Shown: in pieces, positions 49,531 through 57,007 of the stretch
Layout of the letters: each line of letters starts with the position of its first letter
How positions within the stretch are numbered: position 1 is the first letter of the stretch
Assembly (NCBI GenBank): GCA_964428835.1
Contig: CAYRZQ010000021.1
Coordinates: 135-64,134 of the forward strand
Reading direction: 5' to 3'
Origin: an uncultured Comamonadaceae bacterium
GTDB lineage: Bacteria; Bacteroidota; Bacteroidia; Flavobacteriales_D; Sanyastnellaceae
Length of the DNA: 64,000 nucleotides
Position numbers and translations under genes: made by a program
Notes under the pieces: generated by a model
What the model saw: only the letters and a program-made list of their open reading frames with translations
Database searches by the model: none
Told to the model about the DNA's origin: nothing

Positions 49531-49556
49531 CTTTGCGCTGTGTCCCTATGGGAGCT

Positions 49557-49649
49557 TTGCGGTGAAATTTTTGTTGCAGATTTGAAGGATTGGTGCGAGT
49601 TTTTGGAGATATAACTTTCATTGCACGACCGCTCATTTTTTCACCGCAA
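49557..49649. repeat. 93-bp MITE-like unit with perfect 11-bp terminal inverted repeats (copy A)
   Basis: ttgcggtgaaa (49557-49567) and tttcaccgcaa (49639-49649). Both sides are flanked by clusters of C[TC]TTGCG / CTCTGCG heptamers (49521-49561 forward, 49650-49680 reverse). Confidence 0.7.
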
Positions 49650-49699
49650 TGGCGCAAAGAACGCAGAGTCGCGCAGAGAGTTTTTTTAAGTAAGTAACG

Positions 49700-50077
49700 T
49701 CATAGATTATTTACAATCCTCTTGATACCGTCCTTTAGGAGAGGGACATTAAAGTTGATTAGTATTGCGAGTTTGAGATTGCTCAATTTAAGGTATGTAA
49801 GCGCTTGGGCGATGTGAAGATTATTTAATTGATCTACGCTTTTTAATTCAATAATCACCCGCTGATTCACTAAGAGATCAATCCTATAGCCCGCTGTGAG
49901 TTTTACATCTTTGAAAATTACAGGTAGACTTTTTTCCTTTTCAACAACAAGTCCTCTTTTGTTAAGTTCATAAAAAAGACATTCTTGATAAGCGCTCTCA
50001 AGAAGACCTGGACCTATAGCTTTGTGAACTTCAAAGGCAGCGTTTAGGATTTCTTTTGCTATTTCGTTTTCTGTCAT
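49700..50077 (-). CDS. GxxExxY protein (PD-(D/E)XK nuclease-like small protein family)
   Basis: 125 aa with GPGLLESAYQECLFYEL (the G-x-x-E-x-x-Y motif), YRIDLLV, IIELKS and LINFN. Confidence 0.85.
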   Translation of the reverse strand: MTENEIAKEILNAAFEVHKAIGPGLLESAYQECLFYELNKRGLVVEKEKSLPVIFKDVKLTAGYRIDLLVNQRVIIELKSVDQLNNLHIAQALTYLKLSNLKLAILINFNVPLLKDGIKRIVNNL

Positions 50078-50306
50078 GAGTTTTTTTACAAATCTTCAGA
50101 TTAGAGTTGAAATAAAAAAGAATAATCTATTCGAATATATGCATATGAATTATATGTTCGGTGCTTTTTGTTTGAGATCAGGTATATTTTATTTTTAGCG
50201 ACACATAAACCAACGATAGCTTTTTTGGATTGATGAAAGAGTCTGGTTTCGAGCTCTGTAAATTTGATTTTAATTAATACAACAGCCCTCTTTGCGATCT
50301 CTGCGC

Positions 50307-50400
50307 CTTTGCGGTAAAATTATTCTTAATGATTTGAAGGAGTGGTGCCAGTTTTTGGAGATATAACTTTCATTACACGACCGCTAACTTTTCTCACTGC
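50307..50400. repeat. copy B of the 93-bp unit (direct orientation, right end degenerate)
   Basis: Aligns to 49555-49647 at roughly 85% identity by eye (gatttgaagga[tg]tggtgc[gc]agtttttggagatataactttcatt[ga]cacgaccgct). It is preceded by ctttgcg-ctctgcg-cctttgcgg. Confidence 0.7.
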
Positions 50401-50477
50401 TAAAGTCCCACATTGAAGAATGTAAAAATTTTGATATTCCAGTAAAAAGAAAAATTTTTAAAGTCTCATTATTGAGT

Positions 50478-51542
50478 CTAGAGTAAATTTAGAATTCTCA
50501 AAATTTCATTATTAAATCGCTCGGGTTCTTCGAAAACGGGGCTATGTCCTGATTTTTCGAACTTAATGAATTCTTTGTACGGCGCATTAAGGGCTATACT
50601 GTATTGCTCCACTAGCTCCCACGGTGTATTATAGTCGTAAGCTCCTGATATAAAGAATACCGGTACTTTGACTTCTGGAATTTGTTTGAAAAAATCAATA
50701 TTGTTGAATTCCGGATCGTAAATAATATTTCCAGCAGAAAAACCCGAGGATTTTCCATATTTGATTAAGTCAAGGAATGAGTATTCCCTCGAAGACCAAA
50801 TGGATAAAATCCAATCTGTATAATTTGTCTTTCCATATCGTTCGCCGCCTAGCTTAAGCAGCCATTCTTTTTGTTTAACTAAACCCCAGAACCCATTGTT
50901 GTACATTTTAGTATAGTCTCCAGACTGTGGCTCTCCTATTTCTTCTAGCTCTTTTATGGCTTTGTGATTGTTTGTTTCCTTTGCTCTCCGTATTGTATAT
51001 TGATAAGAGATGAGTTCGCCTTCGTACGAGACTAATTCTTGACCAATCCCTATGTATGCTATAAAATTCTCAGGATTCTTTTGAATGGCATATAACCCGA
51101 GTCTGGAACCCCACGAGTGTCCGATTAAAAATATTTTATCCACTTGGAATTTGTTCTTCAGAAAAGAAACCAAGGTATCTACATCTTCAACATATTTGGA
51201 GACTTTAATTTCTTCTTTTGGTGTCTTTTTGTTGTAGGATTTGCCAGCGTTTCGTTGATCCCAGTAAACAACAGTAAAATGATTTTCTAACTCGCTATTA
51301 AATTTTCTGAGTAAAGCTGTTGCAGATGCGCCCGGGCCTCCATGTAAGAATAATAGAACAGGATTGTTTTTATCCTTACCTCTAATAAGTACATACTGCT
51401 TGGTATTATTTATATCTAAATAATGTATTTCTGAAATGCCATTACTTGTCCTGATTTTCTTCGTTGAAGTACAAGATGCAATCGTGAAGGCAAGGAGCAT
51501 ATAAAAAATATTTTTCATGGAGAAGTAGAACATTTTTCTCAT
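50478..51542 (-). CDS. alpha/beta hydrolase (proline iminopeptidase-like, S33 family), probable lipoprotein
   Basis: LFLHGGPGAS, WDQRNAGKS and nucleophile elbow IGHSWGS. The lipobox AFTIASC suggests the real start may be ATG 51518. Confidence 0.8.
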   Translation of the reverse strand: MRKMFYFSMKNIFYMLLAFTIASCTSTKKIRTSNGISEIHYLDINNTKQYVLIRGKDKNNPVLLFLHGGPGASATALLRKFNSELENHFTVVYWDQRNAGKSYNKKTPKEEIKVSKYVEDVDTLVSFLKNKFQVDKIFLIGHSWGSRLGLYAIQKNPENFIAYIGIGQELVSYEGELISYQYTIRRAKETNNHKAIKELEEIGEPQSGDYTKMYNNGFWGLVKQKEWLLKLGGERYGKTNYTDWILSIWSSREYSFLDLIKYGKSSGFSAGNIIYDPEFNNIDFFKQIPEVKVPVFFISGAYDYNTPWELVEQYSIALNAPYKEFIKFEKSGHSPVFEEPERFNNEILRILNLL

Positions 51543-51704
51543 GGAATAAGTTGATCTTGCTCTTCGAATATTATAATGTCTAATTGAATGGGAATTATTT
51601 GTAAAGAAATGGTTCTTTGCCTTCAGCCATTTTTCTCACATTTTCAAGTACTTGTTTCATATATCTCGTATAAAAGACATTTGCAAAAAGCCATTGAAAT
51701 GGAA

Positions 51705-51878
51705 TCAACAGGGTTTATTGATCGAAGTGCAAACAAAATCATTGGTGTCATTATACAAGTCCAGATACATGAACTTATCCTGATAGGATGAGGCAACATT
51801 ATTCCAAGTCTCAAAAGTTTCTTTGTATCTATACATGGCTGTATTATCCGATTTGTTCTGACCCATAGCATCCCTCAT
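51705..51878 (-). pseudogene. N-terminal remnant of a class I SAM-dependent methyltransferase
   Basis: 57-codon ORF MRDAMGQNKSDNTAMYRYKETFETWNNVASSYQDKFMYLDLYNDTNDFVCTSINKPC*. The W.N.ASSYQDKFM.LDLYNDT pattern is the usual N-terminus of small MTases. The reading frame stops before SAM motif I. Confidence 0.4.
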
Positions 51879-51918
51879 TCTTAAAGGAGTATTTATTCTC
51901 TCGCTGCCTCATTTCTGA

Positions 51919-52014
51919 AGAACTGTAGCTCAATAATACACAAAAATATCAATCGGGGAGGGAAGCCTAAATGAAATGGAACAGGAGGCTCGGGTTCTTG
52001 AATTATATAGATAG
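51919..52014. repeat. 95-bp direct repeat, copy 1
   Basis: agaactgtagctcaataatacacaaaaatatcaatcggggagggaagcctaaatgaaatggaacaggaggctcgggttcttgaattatatagatag. Confidence 0.85.
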
Positions 52015-52056
52015 GGTTCTTAGCAGGGGTATCTTGTTTTATGTGTACGTTATATT

Positions 52057-52743
52057 TTACTTATCCTCTTTACTAAATGCCATAACCAGCACAAAAACAG
52101 GTTGAGAATTATCTAAGGGCATCACAGAAATGTTTGATATACCTAATCTATAGTATGGATCATAGTGATCGAAGATTTTGCCAATACAATTTTCTTGGCT
52201 TTTTGAGAATTGCGCTTCCCAATTATCATCCATAATTGAACTTGGGTCAGTGAAAATAGGCTGAACTAGGTTTAGCATTCTACCATACTCCATTTCAGCG
52301 ACGGTTTTATCGGAAAAAAAATATCTACATTCGAAAATCATGGGATGCTTGGTAGTGTCTTCTTTCCCTCCTTTTTCTGTAATGAGAGCAGCATTTCCAT
52401 AAATCAACATAACTTGAACGGAGTCAGGTTTAGATTCAATAAGACCTTTGTCTGTTGTGATGCCTTTGAAGAAAGTAGGGGGAGGGAAGTTATTGAAAGT
52501 AGTGTCTGTTAAAACAAATCTCTTATCATTCAGAATTTCCTCGCGGAGCTCCAAGCGGGATTTTTTAAGGGGAAGATTATAAAAAATATTTTCAATGATC
52601 GGATGAACTTGTCCGGCCTGCGCTGTGTCATCAGTTTGATTGATTTCTTGAGATTGTGGTTCTTTAATATTTACGTTGCATGCTGTTAAGCCTAAAACTG
52701 CTGTCAGTGACGTCAAAATCAAGATTGCATGTGTTTTTTTCAT
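52057..52743 (-). CDS. hypothetical lipoprotein
   Basis: 228 aa with lipobox VLGLTAC. No family recognised. Confidence 0.55.
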   Translation of the reverse strand: MKKTHAILILTSLTAVLGLTACNVNIKEPQSQEINQTDDTAQAGQVHPIIENIFYNLPLKKSRLELREEILNDKRFVLTDTTFNNFPPPTFFKGITTDKGLIESKPDSVQVMLIYGNAALITEKGGKEDTTKHPMIFECRYFFSDKTVAEMEYGRMLNLVQPIFTDPSSIMDDNWEAQFSKSQENCIGKIFDHYDPYYRLGISNISVMPLDNSQPVFVLVMAFSKEDK

Positions 52744-52820
52744 TGTCTTTTCTGAGTATTGATTTGCGCCCTTCGCAGCGTATTAGCAGGCTGACTTTCT
52801 TTTTGCCGCCATTGATTCGG

Positions 52821-52915
52821 AGAACTGTAGCTCAATAATACATAAAAATTTCAATCGGGAGAGAGGCCTAAATGAAATGGTATAGGATGCTCGGGTTCTT
52901 GAATTATATGGATAG
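52821..52915. repeat. 95-bp direct repeat, copy 2
   Basis: Same orientation as copy 1, roughly 88% identity by eye, with one 1-nt indel. Confidence 0.85.
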
Positions 52916-52960
52916 TTTTCGTTGCCTTCGCGTTCAGACGATTTTTCTTAATTTTACAGT

Positions 52961-53653
52961 ATGATCAAGAATTCCTTTCTCTCCATATTTATGGGAATGA
53001 TTGTCTTCATTAGCGCATGCAAAAAGGACGAACAATCAGAACCAGAACCAACGCCATTTACTTATACCGCAGCAGATTCATTAGTATTTGAACATACTGG
53101 CACTTTGCCTTATACTGTAGCCGTTCAAAGTACTTCTGGAAAGGATTTTATATCCAGTTTTTCTGGCCTCGGTGCCTCGTTTTCTAACGGCGGTGCAACT
53201 CTAACTATCCCATCCAATCAAAGTCGTTCGTTCGATATTTACTTTAATCAGGTAGGTGCAGTTCCCGGAATATATCCTTGCACTTTGTCGGTAGCAGTGC
53301 CCAATGAGAACAATGCCCTAAAAACCAAAATAGTTCAAATGGTGTATCGCCCAAATTGCGGCTATACCTTCCGCAATTATACATTCGGAGAAATCACCTA
53401 TCAAATCAATGGATTGTTAGAAAATCGAGCAATCACGTGTGAGTACAACAGTGAAGGACAATTAGAAGTTGTCGGCCTGGTTCCATTCCAAATTAATCTA
53501 AATTTTAATTGTGCCAACGCCACAGTTATTATGGATCCAGTGCTACACTTAGGCAATGTGGTAACCTGTACAGGGTCGATTGAAGGCAGCGAAGTGGCGT
53601 TGCAATTCTTTAATGATGGTGAATTGAACGCTATTGGAGGGATTAGATTTTAA
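52961..53653 (+). CDS. hypothetical lipoprotein
   Basis: 230 aa with lipobox VFISAC. No family recognised. Confidence 0.55.
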   Translation: MIKNSFLSIFMGMIVFISACKKDEQSEPEPTPFTYTAADSLVFEHTGTLPYTVAVQSTSGKDFISSFSGLGASFSNGGATLTIPSNQSRSFDIYFNQVGAVPGIYPCTLSVAVPNENNALKTKIVQMVYRPNCGYTFRNYTFGEITYQINGLLENRAITCEYNSEGQLEVVGLVPFQINLNFNCANATVIMDPVLHLGNVVTCTGSIEGSEVALQFFNDGELNAIGGIRF

Positions 53654-53740
53654 ATGATATATCTAGTGAAAAAGACATCTATTTTTTGAATCTTTTTGCG
53701 GATAGATGCGAAGTCTAATGCAGCCCATCAACCTGGGGTA

Positions 53741-54817
53741 TTAAAAAGCCCGAACTGCGCGAACATGAAATAAGCTGCCCTTGGCGTTACCATTGGCAAA
53801 GCCATTGCTGAAGGTGAATGCCCATGCGTTGTTGTTGTCGAATTCCGAACTACTCCAGTAGTTATTCAATTGCAATTGAGCCGCGCCTGAAATTTGCGCT
53901 AAAGAACGCGCTACAGTGTAATAGTTGTTCCAAAGCATATTGAGCTCCTGGAGAGATGGTAGATACCAATCACTTTGGCCGCCATTAGTTGAATTCAAGC
54001 ATAAAATCGCAGCGCTGTTTGTATGACCAGCTTGTGCCACTATAGCATTGCTATTGCTCAAACCATCCCATATACTTTGCGCGGATTGACCAATTAAGTT
54101 TGAGGCTACATTACTGGAAACCTGTGACGTACTTAAATCAGTTTTGTCCACGATCAAGCCATGCTCAATGCCTTGTGCATCTATGAATAAATGGAAAATT
54201 ACTCCTCCACCAAATTCTTCTCCAATGTAGTGAGTGAAACCGCTGCTACCTGCCGGTCCTTGCGGTCCTTGCGGTCCTTGAGGTCCTTCAGGACCTTGTG
54301 GGCCTTGCGGTCCTTGAGGTCCTTCAGGACCTTGTGGGCCTTGTGGTCCTTGTGGTCCGGTTGCACCGTCATTTCCCGCTGGTCCTTGTGGTCCTTGAGG
54401 ACCAGGAATAGAACTTCCTGATGTTTTCGCATATAATGCATAGGGTACACTTAGCAACTGGCTTGTGCCTGTTATGGTGTAATTTGTACCTCCTGCAGGA
54501 TCAGTTTCAGTTTTGATGAAATAAGGTCCGTTTGCCCAATCAACATTAGCGAAATTACCCGAAACGACAGTGCCTCCACCAATTTCAATACTTACTAAAC
54601 CGTTAGCATTAGAAGTGGGGGTTTGAGTTTCTACGTAAACTGCTGATCCGCTTGCCGAACCTTGTAGAATTGATATTTGCATACCTACTTCTGCTGAACT
54701 AACTAAATTATTGCTAGCATCTCTAACAACAGCTTGATAGCTCATTTTTTCAGGAGCTTGCGCGAATACAGTTAAAGTTAAAATTAGGCTGGCAATTATT
54801 GAGAGTATATGTTTCAT
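53741..54817 (-). CDS. collagen-like triple-helix-repeat protein with DUF1566 (Lcl-type) C-terminal domain
   Basis: Signal peptide, a conserved ~115-aa N-domain ([41 protein letters not shown]), 18 G-X-Y triplets (aa 139-192, nt 54242-54403), and a C-terminal [14 protein letters not shown]...YWSSSE...VRAVRAF. Confidence 0.8.
   Translation of the reverse strand: MKHILSIIASLILTLTVFAQAPEKMSYQAVVRDASNNLVSSAEVGMQISILQGSASGSAVYVETQTPTSNANGLVSIEIGGGTVVSGNFANVDWANGPYFIKTETDPAGGTNYTITGTSQLLSVPYALYAKTSGSSIPGPQGPQGPAGNDGATGPQGPQGPQGPEGPQGPQGPQGPEGPQGPQGPQGPAGSSGFTHYIGEEFGGGVIFHLFIDAQGIEHGLIVDKTDLSTSQVSSNVASNLIGQSAQSIWDGLSNSNAIVAQAGHTNSAAILCLNSTNGGQSDWYLPSLQELNMLWNNYYTVARSLAQISGAAQLQLNNYWSSSEFDNNNAWAFTFSNGFANGNAKGSLFHVRAVRAF
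54267..54338. repeat. perfect 2 x 36-bp tandem duplication inside the collagen-like tract
   Basis: ccttgcggtccttgaggtccttcaggaccttgtggg occurs at 54267-54302 and again at 54303-54338, checked base by base. Confidence 0.95.
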
Positions 54818-54971
54818 TGAAATCTACTTTTTGATAATTTGGAACGATTGGACTGTTTTATTCTCTTGGCTTACAATGTTTATAAGGAAGTAGCCGTAGG
54901 TAAATTGTCCATTTCAACCTCTGTTTGTTGTGAATTTACTTGTTATCGTATGGCTTGTCACCGAGTACATC

Positions 54972-55874
54972 TTAATGTACGTTGTTTACGATTAGTCTGG
55001 TATAAGCTCTACCGCCACCTTCGTGATCAACCCGAATGATGTAGGAACCATTTGAGACGCTACTTAATGAAAAGTGATTATTGAAAATGCTTTCACTTTC
55101 GTAAGACCTAATCGCAACACCATTTATAGAAAAAAGACTTACAGACTCTATTGGTGCAGATAAATTTGAAAACTGAAAGAAATCACTAGATGGATTTGGA
55201 TAAACCGATAGTTCTGTTTTTAAGTCATCAAATTCATTTTCTATACCAATAAATTCTAAATTAAAATTGATGTGATAGGTGATGGTATCAGTTCCATTGA
55301 GCACCTTGAAATCTAATGATTCTTGGTTGCATAGATCTGAATACAACAATGTATCAGTTTCGAAAATATCTGAATCTATTGTCTGATCATAAATGAGATT
55401 ACTGTTTATGTTGGATGGAATAGAGGAACATCTGGCCACGCGTAATTGCATAGGAATATCCCATTGAGTAACTAAATAGGCTGTAGTTGAGTTGACCACG
55501 TATAATCCAAAATAGTTTGGCGCCCCACCTCCTATATCGGTCCAAGTTTGCCCAAAATCTTGAGTTCTCAAGACGCGATTGGAGGAAATTCCGCTGTAGA
55601 AAACCAAAAAACCAATAGAATCATTTATAAAAATTAAATCTTTACAATGTTTTCCTTGGCTCATGTTCCCGCTTGCAGTAAATACAGCAATTCCATTTTT
55701 GTAAATAATATAACCATAGATAGCACCAGAGCCACCACCGCTATTAAAATTACTGTAGGTATAAGCGTTGTTCATTGGTTCAGCACAAACGCTGCGATCA
55801 AAACCAATAAATTCAACTTGTGCGTAAACGCTGGTACAACAGTAAATGAGGAATATGGATATAATGTTTTTCAT
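54972..55874 (-). CDS. T9SS C-terminal-sorting-domain protein with one Asp-box
   Basis: 300 aa with a signal peptide and RTQDFGQTW (SxDxGxTW-like). CTD: LSVYPNPSSDFFQF...NGSYIIRV. Confidence 0.6.
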   Translation of the reverse strand: MKNIISIFLIYCCTSVYAQVEFIGFDRSVCAEPMNNAYTYSNFNSGGGSGAIYGYIIYKNGIAVFTASGNMSQGKHCKDLIFINDSIGFLVFYSGISSNRVLRTQDFGQTWTDIGGGAPNYFGLYVVNSTTAYLVTQWDIPMQLRVARCSSIPSNINSNLIYDQTIDSDIFETDTLLYSDLCNQESLDFKVLNGTDTITYHINFNLEFIGIENEFDDLKTELSVYPNPSSDFFQFSNLSAPIESVSLFSINGVAIRSYESESIFNNHFSLSSVSNGSYIIRVDHEGGGRAYTRLIVNNVH

Positions 55875-55904
55875 AGTAGTGATAACAAATATAGGTATTT
55901 TTCA

Positions 55905-56756
55905 TTACCTTAATGCGTCAAACTCAATATATTCATACTCGGGTGAGCATTGGATTAATTGTCTTAAAATTGAAGCGTGTCCGTTGCCAAAAATAACGAG
56001 TATTCTATCATCTGTACTCGTAGTTATTTCTTGAAGGTTTCTAAAAATTCTGAGATTTCTGTTATACCACCAAATGGATAGAATATCTGCGCCTCTTGTG
56101 CCGTCAAGTTTGAAATCACCTACTAAGTAGCCTCCATAATCCATTTTATGATACTCCTCAGAATTAATATACTTAAAATATTCGAGCAAGTTCATTTTTG
56201 ATACCAGCCTGTTATTGTAGGAGTAAAATTCCCTATAGAATTTTAGATACGGGTCGTCACTGTCAAAATCAAAATCCTTGATAAGTGTTTGATAATATGC
56301 GGAATCTAGTTTCTCTATTTCAGGATCAAAGGAATCTGCATCTATGCTATAGATTGTGTCCAGGTTTAACTCTGTTGCAAGTCGCATAGCCACTTGAAAT
56401 CGTTCATCGCGCTCATTACTGTATGCTCCTTGCTTATATTTATTGAGCTTTTCTGTAGCGTTCCATTCTGGAAAGGCTTCTATGGCAATTTTGGTAGGCT
56501 TAAATTTTTTTATGTAATTTATCAATTCAGTTAATTCTGTCTTCTTGGGTTCTGTTAAGACATCGATTTTGTCTTCATCAGTTGTTTTCATCACATCCAG
56601 ATTGGGATAATCCATGTGAAAGGTGCCAACAACTAGCACTTGAGCTTTTTCTTTTGGGAAGAATGAGGATGGCTTTCGGATGGTGTCGTTTTGTTGTCCA
56701 AACACAGTGATGGAGAGCAATAGATAAATCGGAGTAATAAAAATTAATCGCTTCAT
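55905..56756 (-). CDS. DUF5694-like (TraB/GumN-like) secreted protein
   Basis: 283 aa with VLVVGTFHMDYPNLD, KKFKPTKIAIE, WWYNRNLRIF and ILVIFGNGHASIL. The family name is recalled from memory and was not searched. Confidence 0.6.
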   Translation of the reverse strand: MKRLIFITPIYLLLSITVFGQQNDTIRKPSSFFPKEKAQVLVVGTFHMDYPNLDVMKTTDEDKIDVLTEPKKTELTELINYIKKFKPTKIAIEAFPEWNATEKLNKYKQGAYSNERDERFQVAMRLATELNLDTIYSIDADSFDPEIEKLDSAYYQTLIKDFDFDSDDPYLKFYREFYSYNNRLVSKMNLLEYFKYINSEEYHKMDYGGYLVGDFKLDGTRGADILSIWWYNRNLRIFRNLQEITTSTDDRILVIFGNGHASILRQLIQCSPEYEYIEFDALR

Positions 56757-56983
56757 AGGTTTTTATTTTTCCTATAAGACGACATCACCGCTAAAATGCT
56801 GCATCCAATGTTGCTGGTTTTGGGCAAGGGGCAAAATGAGATAGGAAATAGGAAATAGGAGTTTTTGCAGCGCTAAAAATACTTAAGTGCCGCTCATGAC
56901 GGGAGCATGGTGTGTCTTGACCTACGCGTGGTGCGCTTATTATCCAGCTTGAATAGAGCTCAGCTTGGGTTGGCGGATTTTTG

Positions 56984-56991
56984 TACATTTG
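56984..56991 (+). promoter_or_regulatory. candidate -7 box (TACATTTG) upstream of the PQQ-like/dockerin gene
   Basis: A TAnnTTTG match 16 nt upstream of the ATG at 57008. Confidence 0.3.
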
Positions 56992-57007
56992 CTAAAATAC
57001 CTTTAAC

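Noticed and set aside
49373-49585. 70-aa plus-strand ORF in the gap left of the GxxExxY gene.
   Set aside because: It lies antisense to the much more convincing PIN-like frame and runs into the heptamer/MITE-like repeat. It has no recognisable motifs.
49555-52915. Repeat-bracketed single genes considered as integron cassettes or a CALIN with attC sites.
   Set aside because: I could not find R''/R' core sites (RYYYAAC / GTTRRRY) or the imperfect internal symmetry of attC in the 93-bp and 95-bp repeats. The two repeat families are unrelated to each other, and no intI gene is present.
54191-54450. Alternative-frame and antisense ORFs across the collagen-like tracts (also 60465..60796), giving LRSLRSLRS or KDHKDQ peptides.
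   Set aside because: Only the G-X-Y frame connects the conserved N- and C-terminal domains. The others are frame-shifted readings of the same 9-nt periodic DNA.
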